Of a stretch of DNA of 39,471 bases, positions 19,158 through 32,173 are shown piece by piece. The translations under genes and the position numbers were made by a program. The stretch is from the NCBI GenBank assembly GCA_030523265.1, contig JAUNIU010000002.1, forward strand, positions 1-39,471, read 5' to 3'. Within the stretch, counting starts at the first letter, position 1. The number at the start of each line of letters is the position of its first letter. The notes below the pieces were generated by a model. The model had not been told where the DNA came from. It saw only the letters and a list, made by a program, of their open reading frames with translations, and searched no databases. The DNA comes from Eubacteriales bacterium. Lineage in GTDB: Bacteria > Bacillota > Clostridia > Lachnospirales > Lachnospiraceae.

Positions 19158-21029
19158 TCAACAACCTTCCTGCGCCTCCTGATAATACCGGGCCTGGGTA
19201 TGCCACAGTGTGTAATACAATCCATTTTTTTCCTGTACTAATTCTTCATGACTTCCTCTCTGCACCGCCTTTCCTCCATCAATTACCAAAATATCATTAC
19301 AGAACTGACAACTGGATAAGCGGTGCGAAATATAAACCGCCGTCTTAGAGCCCACTAATTCGTCAAACTTAGAATAAATTTCATATTCTGCCAACGGATC
19401 CAATGCTGCCGTAGGTTCATCCAGGATAACAAAAGGGGTGTCATGATACAATGCTCTGGCGATGGCTACCTTTTGTGCCTCCCCCCCCGATATATCCACT
19501 CCGTTTTTATCAAAATCCGTATAGAGCGGCGTCTCTAACCCCTGTGGCATCTTCTCCAATAAATCCCCCAGACCCACACGTTTCAGGACCGCTCTCACAT
19601 TTTCTTCCTCATATTCTGAGGAGACTGCTATCGTCTCTCCCAAAGGCAGTGCCGGAATCTTGAAATCCTGAAAAACCACGCTAAACAAAGACAAATATTC
19701 CTTATAATCAAATTTCCGAATATCAATACCATTTAACCGGATCTCTCCCTCTGTGGGATCATACAGCCTGCAAAGCAGCTTGATAAATGTCGTCTTACCG
19801 GAACCATTCTTTCCCACCACTGCCAAACGCTCCCCAATGCGAAACTTTATGGAAAAGTCTTTTAATACATCCTGATCGGAACCGGGATAGCGAAATGATA
19901 CATGATTAAACTCTATCATAAACTGATCGTCATCTCTTTTCTCCACAGGTATCGTCCCCTGATATTTCTGATTGGGAATATCCAGGAAATCAAAATACAT
20001 TTTCACATACTTTGTATTTTCCACTAATTCAACCCATTGGCTGTTCCACATACGGAAATGCCATAAAAAATTTGTGATACATCCCGCATACATACACACA
20101 CTGCCTATGGTGACTGCTTTTTTCAACACCATGATTCCCAATAATAAATAGATCAGCCCGGAAATGCTCACTTCGATGGCCTCCACCCATTGACTGCGGT
20201 CTTGATCTACTTTGGAAATCCGATTTATGTTTTCATGGATCTTTTGGTACAAATTACTTGTTCTGCCACAAAGCAATTTCTGCTGATGAAACATACGCAC
20301 GGTCTTGCCACATTCCTCTTTGCCGATATATTCATTCAGATAAAAATTATACTGGCGAAATTTCGGCAGATTTTCCTCATTGTATTGATAGATTTTCTCC
20401 TGCGCCATCTGATTCTTTTTCATACTGATGAATAATAAAATTGCAAACATCAGTATAAATCCACCAATAAAACTCAGTATTTTCCATGGTTCCCCCGAAA
20501 AGGCAATATTGCAGCGGCTGATCAAATGAATCATATAACCAAATGCCACCAGCATCTGCAACGCCCTCTCGATGACAGGTGTAGCATACCAAAACAAAAT
20601 CGTAAGGCCACCACCGTTATTCCTCGCCATCGCATCAATGTCCCGGCGTTTGTTTTGGATCGTTTCTGACTCCATATACTCATAATCCATGGACATTAAT
20701 TTTTGATCCAGATATGCATTGGCTTCTTCCCATACATTGGAACCGCCATAAAAATAATACATCTGCATCGACTTAAACAGTAAATTAACCACGATCTGCC
20801 CCACGACCAATAGCAGCATATCCGTGAGCAGCACATCCCTGGATGCATGCATGACAATATCGTCCACAAACCTTGCCAAAAAGAAATATGACCAGTAGGA
20901 ATATATCACATCTATCACCACATATAGAACCGTCAGAAACATATTCCATGGTATCAAAGAATAGATCAGCCTGATCCCACGCAGATTAACCTTTATCATC
21001 TCTTGCCAAGACATTTTCTTTTCATCCAT
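19158..21029 (-). CDS. ABC exporter half-transporter (TMD+NBD)
   Basis: N-terminal TM helices; GKNGSGKTT, ISGGEAQ, ILDEPTAALD, ISHRLSS; GGAGGAG precedes the ATG at 21029. Confidence 0.92.
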   Translation of the reverse strand: MDEKKMSWQEMIKVNLRGIRLIYSLIPWNMFLTVLYVVIDVIYSYWSYFFLARFVDDIVMHASRDVLLTDMLLLVVGQIVVNLLFKSMQMYYFYGGSNVWEEANAYLDQKLMSMDYEYMESETIQNKRRDIDAMARNNGGGLTILFWYATPVIERALQMLVAFGYMIHLISRCNIAFSGEPWKILSFIGGFILMFAILLFISMKKNQMAQEKIYQYNEENLPKFRQYNFYLNEYIGKEECGKTVRMFHQQKLLCGRTSNLYQKIHENINRISKVDQDRSQWVEAIEVSISGLIYLLLGIMVLKKAVTIGSVCMYAGCITNFLWHFRMWNSQWVELVENTKYVKMYFDFLDIPNQKYQGTIPVEKRDDDQFMIEFNHVSFRYPGSDQDVLKDFSIKFRIGERLAVVGKNGSGKTTFIKLLCRLYDPTEGEIRLNGIDIRKFDYKEYLSLFSVVFQDFKIPALPLGETIAVSSEYEEENVRAVLKRVGLGDLLEKMPQGLETPLYTDFDKNGVDISGGEAQKVAIARALYHDTPFVILDEPTAALDPLAEYEIYSKFDELVGSKTAVYISHRLSSCQFCNDILVIDGGKAVQRGSHEELVQEKNGLYYTLWHTQARYYQEAQEGC

Positions 21030-21123
21030 ATTCTCCTCCATTCTAAAGCATTTTCACTACCGCCGATGTTCTTAGACCATGTACCTATAATGCATCGCCG
21101 GAGACAAATATCTTCGCACGCTT

Positions 21124-22929
21124 CTACGCCTCCGCATGATAATATTTGCTCTGCAATGCAAACATATGCGCATACAGTCCCTCTGCGCGCAGCAATTCCT
21201 CATGCGTACCTTCTTCCGCAATATTTCCTCCATCCAGCAGTAAGATCCGGTCACAAAACCGGGTACTGGACAGGCGATGCGATACAAAGAAAGAGGTTTT
21301 CCCTTCTGTAAATTGTGCGTATCTTTGGTAGATATCATTTTCTGCCAAGGCATCTAATGCCGCTGTAGGTTCATCCAGGATCAGCACGCCTGCATCCCGG
21401 TATAACGCCCTTGCCAATATCAGTTTTTGTCTCTGTCCACCCGAAAAATCCGTTGCCTCTTCATTCAAAGATTTCTCCATCATGGTATTCAGCTTTTCCG
21501 GCAATCCGTCTACCACTTCTTTCATCCCCGCTCTCTCCAGACAATCCCATACCCTGTCCTCATCCCCGTCCTGACTCATGGTGATATTGTCCCAGATGGA
21601 GACAGGCAGAAAGTGTACCTCCTGAAATGCACAGGCAAACCATGCATACCTCTCCTCTGCCTCCATTTGCTCCATATCCTGTCCATTCAGCAATATCCTG
21701 CCGGATGTGGGGTGCAAAAGCCCACAAATTAACTTCATCAGTGTAGTTTTTCCGGCACCGTTTACCCCCACTACCGCAACTCTCTCTCCGGCATGAATCG
21801 TCAAATTCAGATCATCCAATACCTTTTCCTGCATATCCGGGTAAACAAAGCTGACATGCTGCAATTCGATCCTGGGCGACTCCTTTTCCACCGCAATCTC
21901 TATCTGTCCGGTATCTTCGCCATAAGACATATATCTCTGGAAGCGGTTAAATTCTGTACTAATCTTGGACAACCGGATCACACCACTGGAGATACTATAA
22001 TCCAACATCTGGTAAAGCGCCGGACCAATGCCCGTATAAAATACCACATCCGAAGCCGTCAGGTTCCCGTTCCAAAATTGATATAGAATACACAGAAAAA
22101 AACAGCCATAATAGGTTCCATAGGATATAATACCCAGCACATCACCCTTCCAACGGTTTTTCATCTCTCTTCCCTTGTAAAATAACCTTTTCCTGCGGTA
22201 CTGTTTGGATAAGCCGACCAGCCACTCATCCATCCCGTATAAGCGGATATCTTTTGCCATACTAAAATCTTCTGTTTTGCGGGTAATATAATCCAATTTC
22301 TGCCAGGCATCCGCCCCCTGTTCTGCCATATCGACTTCGTTTTTGCGAACCGTTTTCATATTATAAACAGTAAGCAACGGCACCACAGGCAAAAGCAACA
22401 ACAGCCATGGAGATAACCGGCACAGATAAAAGGCATAGAGCAGGACATTGCCGACAGCAGCCAGGAACGAAAGTAATTCCGGCATAAAATTCATCAGCTT
22501 TGCCCTCTCCTGCGCCTCTCCTATACTTCCCCCGAATAAACTTTCCTTGGTCATATTCCGAATGGACAGAAATTGCTTGTCTTCCAAATATTTATAATCC
22601 ACATATAGCAGCTTCTTCGTAAAATCATTTTGCATGTTCTGCACCAATATACGATTGCCGTACTCTACCTTTGCCTGCATCCTGACCCGCAGAATGGTAC
22701 ACACCATGAGACACAGTACCAACAGAAATATACTAATCACCAAATAAGAGATTTCCTGTTGTTCTTCCAACTCCTGCACCACCATCTTAGGCAGAAACAC
22801 CTGAAGATAATTCGCCAGGATATAGGCAGGGAAGAAAATGATCCCAAGCAGATACAATTTTTTATTCTCCCGCCAGATATACGACAAATACCCCAAAAAT
22901 CCCTTTTTGATACTCCATTGATCCTTCAT
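21124..22929 (-). CDS. ABC exporter half-transporter (TMD+NBD), probable heterodimer partner
   Basis: TM helices; GVNGAGKTT, FSGGQRQ, ILDEPTAALD, VSHRLSS; AAGGAGGT precedes the ATG at 22929. Confidence 0.92.
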   Translation of the reverse strand: MKDQWSIKKGFLGYLSYIWRENKKLYLLGIIFFPAYILANYLQVFLPKMVVQELEEQQEISYLVISIFLLVLCLMVCTILRVRMQAKVEYGNRILVQNMQNDFTKKLLYVDYKYLEDKQFLSIRNMTKESLFGGSIGEAQERAKLMNFMPELLSFLAAVGNVLLYAFYLCRLSPWLLLLLPVVPLLTVYNMKTVRKNEVDMAEQGADAWQKLDYITRKTEDFSMAKDIRLYGMDEWLVGLSKQYRRKRLFYKGREMKNRWKGDVLGIISYGTYYGCFFLCILYQFWNGNLTASDVVFYTGIGPALYQMLDYSISSGVIRLSKISTEFNRFQRYMSYGEDTGQIEIAVEKESPRIELQHVSFVYPDMQEKVLDDLNLTIHAGERVAVVGVNGAGKTTLMKLICGLLHPTSGRILLNGQDMEQMEAEERYAWFACAFQEVHFLPVSIWDNITMSQDGDEDRVWDCLERAGMKEVVDGLPEKLNTMMEKSLNEEATDFSGGQRQKLILARALYRDAGVLILDEPTAALDALAENDIYQRYAQFTEGKTSFFVSHRLSSTRFCDRILLLDGGNIAEEGTHEELLRAEGLYAHMFALQSKYYHAEA

Positions 22930-22963
22930 ACAGCCTGCCACCTCCTTGCTATGTATCATCTCT

Positions 22964-23031
22964 ATCATATATGAAATCAAACGCTTCTGATCGGTTTTTG
23001 CACAAACGGTATGTTACCGCGCACAAGCGGT
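22964..23031 (-). promoter_or_regulatory. LytTR-type activator site and -10 element for the ABC exporter pair
   Basis: Direct repeats ACCGCTTGTGC (23031-23021) and ACCGTTTGTGC (23010-23000) with a 21-bp period; TATGAT lies 32 nt downstream; no good -35. Confidence 0.75.
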
Positions 23032-23069
23032 CATACGTAGATGACAAAAAATATTCCTTATCACATAAA

Positions 23070-23113
23070 ATACCCTCAAGTAGTTTTGTAATATAATGTC
23101 TACTTGAGGGTAT
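23070..23113 (-). terminator. Terminator after the ArsC/Spx-like gene
   Basis: Perfect 14-bp inverted repeat ATACCCTCAAGTAG / CTACTTGAGGGTAT followed by TTT on the minus strand. Confidence 0.7.
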
Positions 23114-23169
23114 CGTACCGGGATGGTTTTTCTCTATCTTTTTCGTCTCTTGATCCTTTTCCCTTGTTC

Positions 23170-23529
23170 TCATGGTTTCAACTGCTTCCACTCCTCCTCT
23201 TTGAAACCAGTCAAAACCAAGTCGTCCTGAATAATCAAAGGACGTTTCACTAACATTCCATCTGTCGCCAAAAGTTCCAACTGTTGATCTTCCGTCATGT
23301 CTGGCAGTTTGTCCTTCAGATGCATTTCTTTGTATAGCATTCCACTGGTATTAAAAAAACGCTTTAACGGAAGCTCGCTTTTGTGATACCACTGGGTCAG
23401 TTCCTCTTTCGTAGGATTGTCTTCTTTTATATGACGCTCCTCATAAGAAATTCCCTGCTCATCCAGCCATTTTAATGCCTTTTTACACGTTGTACATTTG
23501 GGATACTGTAATACTATTGTTTTCATCAT
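23170..23529 (-). CDS. ArsC/Spx/MgsR-family protein (YusI-like)
   Basis: YPKCTTCKKA CxxC motif, FFNTSG, DGMLVKRP; GAGGAGG RBS. Confidence 0.9.
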   Translation of the reverse strand: MMKTIVLQYPKCTTCKKALKWLDEQGISYEERHIKEDNPTKEELTQWYHKSELPLKRFFNTSGMLYKEMHLKDKLPDMTEDQQLELLATDGMLVKRPLIIQDDLVLTGFKEEEWKQLKP

Positions 23530-23561
23530 AAAACCTCCTCAAAATGATTACTAATCTCAGA

Positions 23562-24185
23562 CTACAAAACCTGCACGACATACCACTCTTTGCCTACTTT
23601 AATCACCGCAAAGGTTTTTTCTATCTCCGCTCCACCATTGCTGCCCTCCACTTTGACGTCCGCTTTTAAATTATAACCTTTTTCTATATCCATATCTGCA
23701 ATTTTGCTCAGTGATTCCTGATACTCTTTCCTTTCACTGTCACTGAATTTTTTTACATCCTTGTATCCTTCCACAGTATATTGAATGCCACTGCCATATT
23801 TTTCCTCCTCCATCTGCAGAGTAACCCGCAATGCATTTTGCAATATTTCCTCATACGCTTTATCATCTTTGCATAGTAATTTTTTCTTCATGCCCTCATG
23901 ATATTCTTTCGGAAACAGGGCTTCTCTATACATGGCAACATCCTGTTCCGCGATCGAATCCAGATACCGTTCTATTACTTTTTCATAAGGTTTTTGATAA
24001 AATAGCACAAATAAAACCACGGCTAATATTACCAGAAGTACGATGATCAAGATCCGAACCGGCGTGAATATCTTCCCGCCAAAACGTCTTTTTCCTCCTA
24101 TTCCTGTGCTATCCACATCTGCACCACAGTCTGGACAAAACTGCATCGTACCATACAATTCTTTCCCACAATTTTTACAATTCAT
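23562..24185 (-). CDS. Zinc-ribbon, single-TM membrane protein
   Basis: CKNCG...FCPDCG at the N-terminus, one TM helix and an extracytoplasmic domain ending KVGKEWY. Confidence 0.82.
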   Translation of the reverse strand: MNCKNCGKELYGTMQFCPDCGADVDSTGIGGKRRFGGKIFTPVRILIIVLLVILAVVLFVLFYQKPYEKVIERYLDSIAEQDVAMYREALFPKEYHEGMKKKLLCKDDKAYEEILQNALRVTLQMEEEKYGSGIQYTVEGYKDVKKFSDSERKEYQESLSKIADMDIEKGYNLKADVKVEGSNGGAEIEKTFAVIKVGKEWYVVQVL

Positions 24186-24329
24186 TTCTCTCTCCTATCG
24201 TATTCATAAACTATCGTATACCTAATGCGGAGCCGAACCGCTTCGGAAGCTTTCTATAACATGGTACCACATCCTGATCATAAACACCAGAAAATTCCAG
24301 ATAATGAATCGTTTGATCGAACCAAACCA

Positions 24330-24363
24330 CGAAAACCCCGGATGTCATACTCCAGGGTTTTCG
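24330..24363 (-). terminator. Probable terminator after the AraC-GyrI gene
   Basis: CGAAAACCCTGGA...TCCGGGGTTTTCG stem on the minus strand; weak U-tract. Confidence 0.6.
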
Positions 24364-24422
24364 CTCTTATACTATTTCCTTGTGAAACACACCAGACATT
24401 TGGTCAGATCAGAAGACCGCAT

Positions 24423-25292
24423 CTATTTCTTTACGACCGGTACCCAAATCTCACTGTGATAATCCGGCGCTGTCATGTCCCCCGCCGGATATACCTCAAT
24501 ATCCATCTCATACGTTGGCTGATATTCCGATGCCGGAAAAAATTCCGCACAAATGTTATGCCAGAGTTGCTGGATTGCTTCTGGCATGGCACCACGTACC
24601 TCAAATACAGCCCAGGTCCTTGCCGGGATCTCATTCACCCGGTATCCCTCCGGCACCTCCGCATTGCCGTCATATTCTGCACCGATGCCATAGTCAAATG
24701 TTTTCTCATCGGTCAAATCTCCTCCATAACAAATCCCGAAGATATAGTTTCTGGCAGAGGTAATGCTAAGCAGCTTTGCCACCGTCCCATCCCGGTGTGC
24801 CCTGCCCCAGAACTCTGGAATGGTATTCAGTTGTTGGGAATCCGAAATACTATGCTTTTCCACTTTCTCGATCACCTGAAACGCTGGCTTTTCCATGATT
24901 TTGTAGTCCATTAAATGACCTCCTTTTAATATAATCTGTACCGAGAGGGGAGAATATGATTTTAGCTTACTTCCATCCCGTTTCGCTTCCGAAGGAGTAA
25001 TACCATGGAATTTAACAAATGCTCTTGTAAAGCTTTCCGGACTTTCATAACCATACTTTAATGCCACATCCACCACTTTTCTATTCGCCTTGGAAAGCTC
25101 GCTGCCGGCAAGTGTCAGCCTTCTGTTGCGAATATATTCTCCCAGAGATATTCCACATAATATGCCAAAAATTCTCTGAAAATAGTAATTGGAACAAGCC
25201 GCCTGCGAAGCAATATCTGCATAGTCTAACTCTTCCTCCATATGCTTTTCAATATAATTTAAAGCTTTTTGTATCCCAGATATCCAATCCAT
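24423..25292 (-). CDS. AraC-family regulator with a GyrI-like effector domain (Rob/YdeE type)
   Basis: N-terminal AraC HTHs (YIRNRRLTLA, YGYESPESFTRAFVKFHGITPS) and a C-terminal IPEFW...WAVF..GAMPEAIQ...EIWVPV domain. Confidence 0.92.
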   Translation of the reverse strand: MDWISGIQKALNYIEKHMEEELDYADIASQAACSNYYFQRIFGILCGISLGEYIRNRRLTLAGSELSKANRKVVDVALKYGYESPESFTRAFVKFHGITPSEAKRDGSKLKSYSPLSVQIILKGGHLMDYKIMEKPAFQVIEKVEKHSISDSQQLNTIPEFWGRAHRDGTVAKLLSITSARNYIFGICYGGDLTDEKTFDYGIGAEYDGNAEVPEGYRVNEIPARTWAVFEVRGAMPEAIQQLWHNICAEFFPASEYQPTYEMDIEVYPAGDMTAPDYHSEIWVPVVKK

Positions 25293-25418
25293 CTCCACCA
25301 TCCTCTCTGTACATTTCCATCATAAAGAAAGAGGTAATTTATTTCCTGACTTTCTGTGCTCTTTTCCGCAAGAACGCACGAATGCTCCGGTCTGTATCAG
25401 GTCTATCGTCATGCGATT

Positions 25419-26333
25419 CTAAACATCCTCACCATAAATTTCTATCATATTACTCGCAATATGACGAAGTTCTTCCCGCATAGTTTCCGGCTCCAGCAGT
25501 TCCACCTGATCGCCAAATGCCAGAATCCAGCTAATCAGATACTCTTTATTCGTAAATTCCCGGCAAAACAACAACCCTCCATCCTCTTGCACCTCAAAAC
25601 AGTGTGGACCAAATTCTTCCACCAGTCTCCATTTCGCCTCCGCTGTAAATAAGGCTTTCACAGAAATACCACCAGAGAACACCTTCTCATCTGACATATC
25701 CGGCATAGGAACATTTCTTTCTTCAAAACTATGCTCTGCCGCACTCACCTGATCCATGCGATTCAATTTGAACAGACGAAAATCTTTCCTCTCGGTACAC
25801 CATCCCCAAACATACCAGTTTGACCAACGAAATACCAGAAAATAAGGTTCAATGGTCCGGCAGCTTTCACCCTTTGGCGCATAATACATAAAGGTAATAT
25901 AATTTTTTTCTTCTATGGCAGACTGTATCCGTTCAATCTTACATGCCAGTGAATCTCTGTACCAGGAGGAAAGATCAATGAGAACAGAATCCCTTCCTCT
26001 GACAAAACTTGAAGAACCAGGACACAGCTTTTCCATTAACTGCCCGTAATGACGACTACCGCTGACACTGTCCAGACTTCGCAATCCTGCAAGTATCTCC
26101 TGCATATCCCTTGAGGTCAGCAGTGTACGGTCAATCTTATAATTATCCATGATGCTGATCCCGCCGTTCACTCCCTGTCTGGTATACATAGGAATGCCCG
26201 CCCTGCACAGGCACTCAATGTCCCGATTAATTGTCCTTCTGGATACTTCAAACCGTTCTGCCAGTTCCGGTGCTGTTACCGTATCCTGTTGCAAAAGAAT
26301 TGCTACAATTCCTATCAGTCTGTCTATCTTCAT
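25419..26333 (-). CDS. YafY-family HTH-WYL transcriptional regulator
   Basis: MKIDRL...TAPELAERFEVSRRTINRDI winged HTH; RTIEPY..VF...WYVWGWC..RKDFRLFKLNRM WYL domain; VELLEP WCX end. Confidence 0.93.
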   Translation of the reverse strand: MKIDRLIGIVAILLQQDTVTAPELAERFEVSRRTINRDIECLCRAGIPMYTRQGVNGGISIMDNYKIDRTLLTSRDMQEILAGLRSLDSVSGSRHYGQLMEKLCPGSSSFVRGRDSVLIDLSSWYRDSLACKIERIQSAIEEKNYITFMYYAPKGESCRTIEPYFLVFRWSNWYVWGWCTERKDFRLFKLNRMDQVSAAEHSFEERNVPMPDMSDEKVFSGGISVKALFTAEAKWRLVEEFGPHCFEVQEDGGLLFCREFTNKEYLISWILAFGDQVELLEPETMREELRHIASNMIEIYGEDV

Positions 26334-26402
26334 AATCCATCCTCATTTTTGCACAACTTTAAAAGGCATACAAAAAACCATTTACTCCACAAATGTATAA
26401 CT

Positions 26403-26431
26403 ATATTAGCATCAGAACATATGTTTGTCAA
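26403..26431 (-). promoter_or_regulatory. SigA promoter overlapped by a LexA (SOS/Cheo) box
   Basis: TTGACA-17 bp-TAATAT with extended TG; AGAACATATGTTTG (26414-26427) matches the Firmicute GAAC-N4-GTTY box. Confidence 0.75.
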
Positions 26432-26572
26432 TATGAACTTTTCACACCAGTTCATACAAAATGCGGAAACTCAAGATATTTATTTGACTTTTCCGTTATT
26501 TATAGATAACGGGTGGTTATCTGATTATCGAAATATCGAGCTATAATTTCTGAAATAAAGACAGACTACAAA

Positions 26573-26603
26573 AGACTGAAACCCCACAACAGGATTTCAG
26601 TCC
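26573..26603 (-). terminator. Terminator after the FN3 protein gene
   Basis: GGACTGAAATCC...GGGTTTCAGTCT stem followed by TTT. Confidence 0.72.
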
Positions 26604-26676
26604 TTTGATGATAGAAATTCTACATTTGCAAATGTGACTTCGCATGCTTATATTTTAAGAATACTCCTCCACCGGA

Positions 26677-27801
26677 TTAATGGTACATCTCCTTATTGAC
26701 ACATACCGATGCTTCCATTTTCATAAAATCGATGGTCAAGAGATACGCAAGATCATTATTAGCATAACCTGCATTACAATCTTCGATCTGGGTTACCGTT
26801 TTCCCTATGTTGAATGCAAATGGCGTACCGTTTTCGTATTCAAACTTCAGATAAATACTTTGTCCCGGTTTCACCACTGCCTGTTTATCCGTTAAGGAAT
26901 ACCATGTTTTCCCATCATAACTATACTGTGAAAGATTGAGTGTGACACTTTTTGAATCATCGACACACAACTGCCCCCAACATTCTTTCTCTAACACCAG
27001 ATCTCCATTGCCGGCATCACTGGTCAGACATACCGTCAGTGATGGTACGGCATTCCCTTCTTCCGATATCAGTTTCACAGAATACTTTCCAATATAATTC
27101 ACTGCGGAATGCTTTTCTACAAGGCTAAATACGCCATAATATTTCTTTTTTCCAATCGTCCGAAAAGCTCTCACCTTATAATAATAGGTGCCATGGCTCT
27201 GCACCGTTTGATCTTTATAGGATAATAGCCAGCTCTTTTTTTGAATCGTTTTTATTTTCTTAAAATTCTTCCCATCCGTGCTGCGATATATTTGAAATCC
27301 ATCTGGACGAAATCCCAAACCACCCATAGATACCTTGATCGGTATCATCTTCGGTGTTGTCATTGCGTCGCAGAAAGAATATTCCTCCCACACAGTTTTT
27401 GCCACCCCGCTGTATGCATAACAACGCTCCGAACCAATCTCTTTATATTTCTTACCCTTCTTCTGATAAGCAACGACTTCATAAGCATAATTCTTGTTGA
27501 ATTTTACCTTGTCTATATAAGACTTCTTCTTGCCGGACAGCGTTGCGATCTTCGTTAAATTCTTTCGATCCGTAAGATCTTTATTTACTTTCGTTGTCCG
27601 ATAAATTCGGATCTGACTGACTTTGTTCCTGATTTTCTTTTTGAGTTTCCATTTGACCTGAATCTTGGTCTTACTTTTGTTGACAACTGTCACTTCTTTG
27701 ACATTCATCGCCTGCCCCTTTTTCGGAGCACCCACTATGGATAACATCACTGCCAATGTCAGCAATCCCATTCCGATACTCCATTTTTTAATTCTTTTCA
27801 T
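26677..27801 (-). CDS. Secreted protein with two fibronectin type III-like domains
   Basis: Signal peptide ending GQA; IQVKW...IRIYR...YIDK...YAYEVVAY and GFQIYRS...YYYKVRAF patterns; C-terminal domain unassigned. Confidence 0.8.
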   Translation of the reverse strand: MKRIKKWSIGMGLLTLAVMLSIVGAPKKGQAMNVKEVTVVNKSKTKIQVKWKLKKKIRNKVSQIRIYRTTKVNKDLTDRKNLTKIATLSGKKKSYIDKVKFNKNYAYEVVAYQKKGKKYKEIGSERCYAYSGVAKTVWEEYSFCDAMTTPKMIPIKVSMGGLGFRPDGFQIYRSTDGKNFKKIKTIQKKSWLLSYKDQTVQSHGTYYYKVRAFRTIGKKKYYGVFSLVEKHSAVNYIGKYSVKLISEEGNAVPSLTVCLTSDAGNGDLVLEKECWGQLCVDDSKSVTLNLSQYSYDGKTWYSLTDKQAVVKPGQSIYLKFEYENGTPFAFNIGKTVTQIEDCNAGYANNDLAYLLTIDFMKMEASVCVNKEMYH

Positions 27802-27933
27802 AAGAATCTACCCCCTTTGTTTTGTGCAATTTTTATGCTGACCACAATATACTCTTTTTCTCACGGTAATACATGTCAAAACGTTTAAGATATTCTTAAT
27901 ATGAATCCTTCCATTTTCTTATATACCACAACA

Positions 27934-27963
27934 GGTCCCGGAAATCAAAACATTTCCAGGACC
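27934..27963 (-). terminator. Hairpin downstream of the beta-galactosidase gene
   Basis: GGTCCTGGAAAT-N6-ATTTCCGGGACC; poor U-tract. Confidence 0.55.
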
Positions 27964-27988
27964 CGCCGCCTTTTTCAAGATGCAATTA

Positions 27989-32132
<4,144 letters not shown>

Positions 32133-32173
32133 CACAAGATAGCCGGCGTAAACAAGTTACGTGTGAAAAAGAA

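Noticed and set aside
21072-21353. 93-aa Cys/Arg-rich ORF extending past the first ABC gene
   Set aside because: Alternative frame of the ABC NBD, which already ends normally (QSKYYHAEA*).
23070-23113. CCCTCAAGT/ACTTGAGGG dyad as a MerR-like operator or IS end
   Set aside because: The half-sites are 16 bp apart, there is no 19-bp promoter or transposase, and position plus U-tract fit a terminator.
22949-23191. 80-aa ORF as a possible peptide substrate of the ABC exporters
   Set aside because: Overlaps the ArsC-like gene end, a terminator and the promoter repeats; no leader-peptide features.
24225-24914. 229-aa plus-strand ORF
   Set aside because: Antisense to the well-supported AraC-GyrI gene, crosses its terminator, and has no RBS or recognisable motif.
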